From Opitutales bacterium (GTDB lineage Bacteria > Verrucomicrobiota > Verrucomicrobiia > Opitutales > JABSRG01): 33,734 nt of DNA. How positions within the stretch are numbered: position 1 is the first letter of the stretch; each line of letters opens with the position of its first letter. Both the position numbers and the translations under genes were made by a program. Location: the NCBI GenBank assembly GCA_049599475.1, contig JBMYOQ010000049.1, positions 1 through 33,734 of the forward strand, given 5' to 3'. Under the pieces are notes generated by a model. The model was given only the letters and a program-made list of their open reading frames with translations, was not told the DNA's origin and made no database searches. Below, in pieces: positions 1-7,900 of this stretch.

Positions 1-1695
1 AGGTCCCTTACAGGGAATGTGGACATCGATGGAGCTCTCAATTTTGGAACAAATAGTCTGGCGATTGAAACAGGCGGCACAGTTAATCAAAGTGCGGCTA
101 TTACTGCGAGCGGATTGAGTCTGTCTGGAGCGGGCACCAAGACCTTAGACAATGCGCTGAACGATGTGGATACCTTGGCCAGCTCAGGAGGGGGTGTCTC
201 ATACACCGATGTCGACGGGTTCTCAGTGGGCAGTGTGAGTGTGAACGGAGTCACTATCGATGGAATATCCACTACGGGAACGCTGACGCTTTCTACGACT
301 GGCACGGTGACTCAGACTGAGGCTATTTCGGCCTCGACGCTTACTGTGGACGGTACGGGAGGCATCTATACGCTTTCGGACACGGCTAACGATATTGACA
401 CACTCAGTGGCAATACGGGGTCCGTTTCACTCACAGAAGATGACGGCCTGTCTGTAGGAACCCTCAATGCGACCACCGTGGATATTGTCTCAACAGGAGC
501 GATTACTAATTCTGGAGCTATTACGGTATCGAACGGCGCCGCCTTCAAAACTTTGAATGATGCAGGGGTTACAATTACTTTAGACAATGCTGGAAATGCT
601 TTCGGAACGATCAGCGCACAAGTGCGAAATAGTGCGGATACTGCGGCGCGCGGTGCTAACATTTCCCTGACAAATACCGGTGATTTGGTGTTGGGGGCGA
701 TTACCACAACGGGGAGCTTTGCCCTTACAGCCGATAGTGACGTTACGCAGTCTGATGCGATTCAGGTGGATACACTCTCTCTACTGGGCAGTGGCTCTTA
801 CGTATTAGAAAATGCTTCCAATACCATCAATACCTTGGGAGATGTGAGTCGGGGAGGAGCCTTTAGCATTTTTGATAGTAGTGGCGGTTTAGATATCACT
901 GGAAGCTTCACCGGAACTCTGACAAACAGCGTCGCCATTAGAACTGTTGGAGACCTTACCTTGAGTTCTGGTGCTTCGATCGAAGCCTCGGGGAGTGGTA
1001 ATAATATTACTTTAGAAGCCAGTGGCGGCAGTTTTATCAACAACGCAGGTTCTAGTGCTTTAACAACGGACTCACGGTTCCTAATTTACTCAGAAGACAA
1101 TGAATCGCCCCACGAAAAGGGCGGATTGAGTGGAGAGGAGGTCTTCGAGGTGAGTTTTGGCGAAGACCCTCAAGCTACGGGTAATGTTTTTTATTATGCG
1201 GCGACGGATCCGACCCCGGAAGAATCTGTGAGTGAAGAACCAGAGACAGTCGAGGACCCTGCACCTGAGAACCCGGAATCAGTTGAAGATCCGTCACCCG
1301 AAGAGCCTGAATCGACTGATGAGCTTCCGGTTGAGGCCCCAGAGGATCCCGTTGTCGAACCTGCGCCGCAAACTGACCCAGACCTTGATAGCAACCCTTC
1401 ACTCGAAAATGATCCCGAATTGATCGAGGATACGCCTATAACGATTGCTCCAAGTGTTTCCCGTGATACATCTTGGGTACTTCCATTGGGGATATTACCT
1501 GGCGCAGCGAACGAGTCTATTGGTGGAGTGATTACTTCGAAACCATCGGCAGCGATCTCGGGAGCAGACATACCTTTGTCGCTCAATTACCTGACACCTC
1601 CAGAAACGGTCGATTACTTCTTAGAGAAATTAGAGCTAGAGATTCTTACGATCGATTCAGGGGTTGTCAGTGAGTCATCAGATGATGCTCAATGA
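1..1695 (+). CDS. Filamentous haemagglutinin-like (TpsA-type) beta-helical exoprotein/adhesin, 5'-truncated by the window edge
   Basis: Frame 1 is open from base 1 to TGA at 1693-1695. It has G/S/T/N-rich repeats (V.Q..AI....L...G.G.Y.L.N..N.I.TL, three or more copies), the GSFINNAGSSAL...RFLIYS segment typical of FHA-like proteins, and an acidic P/E-rich tail. Confidence 0.75.
   Translation, partial: RSLTGNVDIDGALNFGTNSLAIETGGTVNQSAAITASGLSLSGAGTKTLDNALNDVDTLASSGGGVSYTDVDGFSVGSVSVNGVTIDGISTTGTLTLSTTGTVTQTEAISASTLTVDGTGGIYTLSDTANDIDTLSGNTGSVSLTEDDGLSVGTLNATTVDIVSTGAITNSGAITVSNGAAFKTLNDAGVTITLDNAGNAFGTISAQVRNSADTAARGANISLTNTGDLVLGAITTTGSFALTADSDVTQSDAIQVDTLSLLGSGSYVLENASNTINTLGDVSRGGAFSIFDSSGGLDITGSFTGTLTNSVAIRTVGDLTLSSGASIEASGSGNNITLEASGGSFINNAGSSALTTDSRFLIYSEDNESPHEKGGLSGEEVFEVSFGEDPQATGNVFYYAATDPTPEESVSEEPETVEDPAPENPESVEDPSPEEPESTDELPVEAPEDPVVEPAPQTDPDLDSNPSLENDPELIEDTPITIAPSVSRDTSWVLPLGILPGAANESIGGVITSKPSAAISGADIPLSLNYLTPPETVDYFLEKLELEILTIDSGVVSESSDDAQ
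1237..1335 (+). repeat. Three degenerate 33-nt (11-aa) coding tandem repeats
   Basis: EPETVEDPAPE / NPESVEDPSPE / EPESTDELPVE at 1237, 1270 and 1303. Confidence 0.7.
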
Positions 1696-1753
1696 TATTT
1701 TCTAAAGGTTGGTTTTAGTGGCGGAGTAATAAATCGATAACCAACTTTCTTTT

Positions 1754-1833
1754 AACCAGTAATGAGCACGAATAAACACGAATGCGGCGCCGTTGTATGG
1801 AGAATTCGTGTGAATCCGTCTTCATTCGTGGTT
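1754..1833. repeat. Imperfect palindrome made of 3+3 ten-nt CACGAAT units, between convergent genes
   Basis: Left arm AACCAGTAAT-GAGCACGAAT-AAACACGAAT (1754-1783), 20-nt spacer, right arm ATTCGTGTGA-ATCCGTCTTC-ATTCGTGGTT (1804-1833). Confidence 0.75.
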
Positions 1834-1914
1834 CCTCAAATAGGCTTGGTAAACTCCAGATTGTCATTCCAAACCGAATAACGAAGTCGGCCTAGGATCC
1901 TCGGCTATTATGGC

Positions 1915-4900
1915 TTACTGATCCTCGAGGTAAATTACCATGTAATCAATCTCTAGGTAATTGGGCCAATAGGAGTCTGCCGTTTCCACGGCTCTCCAGT
2001 ATTCCTCCTCAGGATTGTCGCCGTCGGCGCCATTGGCCATGACTCCATTGTTCAAAACAAAGGCCATGTCTTGATTTGGCCACCATTCATCGGGGACAAT
2101 TTGATCGTTCTCAGGTAGAGGGAATGAAACCTCGCCTCTGTGCTTGGTGTGTACTACGACACCATTAATCGTAAACTCCATTTTCTCGTCGTCCCATAAA
2201 AACCCATACACATTCCATTCATTAGGCTGGTTGTATATTTGAGAAAAATCATCGATTCGGTAGTTGACGCCTGTAGTATTCTGGAAATTGGGGCCGTAGA
2301 TGTAACGCATATACATTTTGTCGTAACCACCGTTTTGCCCCCACTGCGTGGAAAAGTGCAGACCAAAGTATTCCCAAATATCAATTTCGGGAGGCCAAAC
2401 ATTAGCTTCTGCGACCATCCATACGGCTGGCCATACATTACCTCCAGTTGGGAATTTGGCACGCATCTCCATATATACGCCGCGTTCAGTGCCATTTACG
2501 AGGAGCTTGCCCTTCGAGTTTATCCAGCCGCTAGTATATTCGTAGACACCCGGTGGGTTTTGGCCTTGGTACGTTCTTTTCTGATTTTGCAGGTAGAGAA
2601 TACCGTTTTCTACAAATACGTCTTCGTCGGTAATGTAACCCGCGTAAGAGTTGTTGAGCAAATTCTCACCTCCCGTTTGTCTATTCCAAATGATATTACT
2701 GACATTTTCGACGTCGTTTGTCAGCCCCTTGGACCAATTTTCTCCATTGAAAACAGAGAAATTGTCGATCCATTCGAATGAGTATCCCTCGGGTGGATTG
2801 TGATCATGTATCCCGTTTTCGTCGGCTTCCACGACCCAAAATTGGTGGGGCTCGCCGCCTACCGGGATGTCTTCGAGCAGAGTGAGTGTAGCGGTGCCGT
2901 CCTGGTTGTCTATAGGCGCACTCGCAGGTGTGACCCCAGAATTACTTTGGATGAGGCCATCGTTGGTGTGAGCCGTGTACCAATGCTCTAAATCGGACGA
3001 GCGAAAGAGGCGATAGGTGATCGTACCATTCGCGTCGGTCCTGTATGTATATGTTACTGCAGGGTTTTCTCCAACTCCTGTGACCGAAAGGATGTTCGGA
3101 TCGGAATAGTTCAGTGGATCTGAGCCAAAGTAGTATTCTGCTTGGTTGGTCCAGGTGTCTCCGTCGTCGTTCCCGTCGCGGCCGGATGTTATTCCATAGA
3201 GCCCCGACCATGCACTGTAGTAGGTGTTCCCGCCTTCTCCGAAAGAGGTAGATGTCCCTCCCGAGATAGATACTCTGTCAAATTTTCCGTCCAAGGCATC
3301 GAATGTCATGCTAACATTGTTACCCAGGTAGAGTGCGCTGCCGTTATCGACGAAAATAAATAGACCGTCTGTGAATGTTTCAGTGTGGGTCCAGCTGTCG
3401 TCGACAGTTACAGTGGCAGCCTGGCTCAAGGCGTCCCAACTTAATTGGATAGTGTGCCATTGATTTACGTTTAACGGCACCTCATCAGTGAAAAATGTAA
3501 AATATCGATCCACATTATTCCCGCTGCCGATACGCACTCTGAATCGGCTGTCATGGCGCTGTTCTAAGGAAAAACCTGTCCATGATGAGCGCTTATCCAA
3601 GATAAAGCTATTACCCGAAAGGCTGTCGAACCAGACGGTGGCTTCTATCGTAAAGCTCATATCAGGCGTGCCGAGCGTGTTCTCATCGATCACTACGTCT
3701 TCGATGAAAGCGCGGTCTAGTGCGCCGTTTATATCTAGCACCGTTGCGCCTTGGTAATCTGTGAAACTGGGGCCATCGAGCTGGATTTGTCCAGGTCCCG
3801 TGCCAGCCTCGGAGCTCACCATTTCCCATTCCCACAGGATATTGGTATCATCGGTGCGAGGCACGAAACTACGAGCAATGCTGCTCAAACGCAGGGCGTC
3901 GATGGATCCGAAAAACTGTGCATTGTCATTGTTCGGACGGTCGGTGCCTAAGCGAAGAGGCTCAGCTGTGCGATCTGTAAACACATATCCGGGTAGGATA
4001 CTCTCCGCGCGGGGGACTCCATCCACCCAGAGAGTCAAGGAGTAGGTCCCAGAGTCCCACGTCATCGCGATATGATGCCACGTGTCTTCTATGATCTCTT
4101 CGATTGGAGCAGTCTCTATTACTTCGTAGCTGTTTGGGCTGCCGTCTTGTGTGGGGCCGGATCCGAGACTCATTTCCCAGGACATATCATTGTTGCGGAT
4201 TAGCCGGTAGCCCTGCCAACCCCAGCGTTTATCGAATATATGCTGTTTGCCTCCTGAAGTGGTCAGGGTGTTGAATTTTACCCAAGCTTCGATTGTGAAG
4301 CTAGAGCCTTGGTCGAGGTGCACACCAGGAATCGATGCATGATCGCCTGCGTTTGTAATGGAAAGTCCACCATTGTTGGTTCCTGCAAACGGGTAACCAC
4401 CGTTGGAAACGTATGCGGCATTTCCCTCAGTCGAAATTTGCCCGTCTCCATTGCCAAAATCTGTCGCATACATATTCCAAATACCCAGTGTGTATTCGTC
4501 CTCGGTATACTCTTCCCAGAACCTCTCCGGATTGCTGTCATTATCGATCGTCATGATGTAATCGGCTACAGTCCCCGAAGAATCGGTCGCGCGCAGCGTG
4601 AATACCGTGGGCGAGCTTAGTAGGGAGGCTCCCGGAGTGCCAAAGAACGTGAATTCTGTATCGGTTTGTTGGATGTCTAGCCAGATATCTTCGACAATAC
4701 TTACGTCGACGATCCCGTCGGCATTGTTGAGGAGAATATGATCCTGCTTTTTGAACGCCTGGCTGCTGAAGCTCACCTCGGGTACAATGCCGGCTAGTTG
4801 AATAAGGTCTGTGTTGATCCAACGGAGTGAATGATCCAGGGGCTCCGAGCTAATGCGCACCTCGTCCATAAATCCCTGAAAGTTGAAGCTACCATTCCTG

Positions 4901-7900
4901 CGCATGCCCAAGTAAAGGTCAGCTGCGGTATTGTCGGAGAATTGCTCGTTTGCGATATTCCAGCTCTCAAAAATGTTTCCATCGACCCAAAATGCGAGAT
5001 TGTCAGAGACTGCATCCCAGGTGAGAGCGATATGGTGCCAAGAGCCCGCTTCGAGAGGAGGGGCACTGGCCGTTATAAGCGTGGTGGTGCTACCAAACCC
5101 TACATCTATATACCATATGCCATTGTTCTGACGGGAGATCGTGTAGCCCCGATTATTCGCTATTTTGTCAAAAATAAATTGTCTTTGGCCTGTATTAAGC
5201 GTGGTGAAATTTACCCATGCGTCCACGGAGAAGCTAGAATCTGTACCTGGGATGTCGATACCTTCGGCCACGACTGCAGTATCCGATTCGGGGAGGCTGA
5301 GATCTAAGCCTGAAGGGAAGCTTTTTGCGGCATCCGGGCTGAATCGGGCGCCGTCACGTAGCTGGAGTCTCTTGGCTACCGTGATGCCTGGAATATCGCT
5401 TGGGTCCTCTTCGCCAGGATTCATATGCCAGGTGTGCAGCTCATTTGCGAGAGGGTCGACCTTCACGAATTTAATTTCGTAGGGCGTCACCGGTAAACTA
5501 TTCGAACTGACTTCGAGGTAGTAAATGCCATCGGAGAGCCCGCGTAGGTCATAGGTCAAGTGGTCTCCGCCTAAGAGGGTCACCTCCGATATGGGCTCTG
5601 AGAAAATCGGTTTTTTGCGAGCGTCCAAAACGTCTACTGTTACGTCGGATAGAGAGCTTAGGATATCTATGGTAGCGAATTTTTCAACGAGACGTTGTGG
5701 CATTGAAATATACTCACTGTCTTCGCCTGAATAGATTCCCAGGCCGTTGGTGAGGACAGTATTGCCGAAGAAGTCTACAGAGCTCGGCGTTTTTCCGTTT
5801 GCGATTGTGGCTGCTGGAGAGAGGCTACCTTGCTCCAAGGGCTTGTTGAGCAGTAGATCGTAGTCGTTGTCGCCAGCGGTCGTGAATTGGCTTTCTAAGG
5901 AACCTAGCTCAATATCTGGTTTTGTGATATCATAGTATATATTCGCGTCGAAGATAGGGGAGCCGTGGCCCGATGGGACATCCGATGCGAAGGTCTCATT
6001 ACCCATCGTCTCTGATCCGAAGAAAACGTTATTTAGGAAGTGCGTTCCATCTGAGAACCCGATAGGATTACCCGCGAGTTGGAACGTGTGGAACTTTACA
6101 AATTCCGTCCCAACTCCGTCAGGCTTATCTTGTATGTAGAAGGTATTATTGTGGATCCACGAGTCCACTGCTGTACCAGAAATTTCGAACGCATACCCCC
6201 AATTGCGGAAACTACTGTTACCCGAATCTAGGCGGAATCCGTCGTTGATACTTAAATTGTAACGAAAGGTATTATTGCGAGCGCGCGGATCGACGAGGTT
6301 CAGAGCGTTCTGAGAGGGATCTTGGTTTTGCTGGGCTCCGACGAGCAGAGCAACACCACCGATATTATCCGCACTGTAATTGTATTCGAAAAGGTTACCA
6401 TCCGTATCGAAGTCTACATCGAAGGCCTGCCCATCTTGCTCGGCCTGATGGTCGGTTACCTGGTTGTGGCGGAACTCACCGTCCTTGGACATTATAGTCC
6501 ACAAGCCAATTGCGGCGTTGGCCGCGTGGTAGGTGAGGGGTTTGAAGTTTCGAAAAATGTTGTGCTCAACGATGGCACCTTCACAGCCCCAGACGACTAG
6601 GCCATCTCCCGGGACGCGCTCGATAAGGTTGCGCTTGAATTCGACGTTGACGTTGTAGTTGTGATCGACCCGAGATGCTGGCGAGTTTCGGCCGTAGTTA
6701 TACTGCCCCCAGATGCCGTTTCTGATACAATCATGAATGTGGTTGTCCCAAACATAGAGTCCATCGAAAGAACCCTTGCTGTTCGCGTCTAAACCCCAAG
6801 AGCGCACCATAATACCACTCCCGCCGCCAATTGGATCGATACCATCACTGTCGCCCTCCTTGTCCATCACGCCGTAGATGTGATTAACGGTATTGTTTTG
6901 GAGAGTCACATTCGTAACCAGTTCGCCCCACGCTTCAAGTAAGATGCCCAGGCGATGCCGGGGACTATCCCATATATTTCTATCTGCGCGTGCATTTTGT
7001 TCGATTTCGAAAGAGTCGCCCTGGCCGAGCGCATTCGGCTCGTGGGATAGGCCATCCGCGACGTCTTCCGGCGTGTAGACGCGGCCAAACTCAGTGTCAT
7101 ATGCGAAATTTGAGATCGTCAGATTTTCTATAACGATGTGATCTGAGTTGGAGAGGATGATCGCAGCCATGCGACCGTGCCCATTGAAGTGTGGCTTTGG
7201 TAGAAGCGGGTCTCCATAGTCGCTGAAATAGATTTCATTCCCTTCGCTACCATCTTGATCCCGGATCTCCATCATGCCGAGCCATTGTGAACCGCGAGCG
7301 AAGCGCACCTGGTCGCCAGGAACTAGGGTGAGATCCTCAATGTCATCCAATTCGTCGAAAGGACTACTCGGGGATGCCCCGGTGCCTAGGTCGCCGACGC
7401 CTTGCTCGACATAGAATGTGCGAGGTGAACGGTTGTCGCCGTTGACCGTTATCGAGAAGTTTCGGACACGTTGGATCTCGTAGGCGTTAGCGCGGAGTCG
7501 GATGTTTGTTGGACCTGTACCGCTGGAGGGGTAACCTGAGAGGTAGAAGTGAGTAGCGTCCTGTGTCAGTTTTAGCCAGCTGGGGGACGCTCCATATAGG
7601 ATTTCCACATATACCGATTCGGCAGGTGCGTCGAAATAATCAGATTTAAGATAGGCGACCTGCAAAGTGTCATTGACATGCATTACGATGTCGTCCGGTG
7701 TTTGTAGCCAATTCAAGTCGGTCGGTATGGGTTCTTCGTTAATAATGATATTGGTGCTGCCCGTTGCTGTTGTTTCGTCGAAGGTAGCCACGAGGGAAAT
7801 AGGAGAACCGTTGTATGCAGCGGACGGAGTTCCGTATAAACGAAACTCTGTCGGGGACGATTGGATACTCAGCCAATTAGGAGAACCCTCTGCTAGGCGG

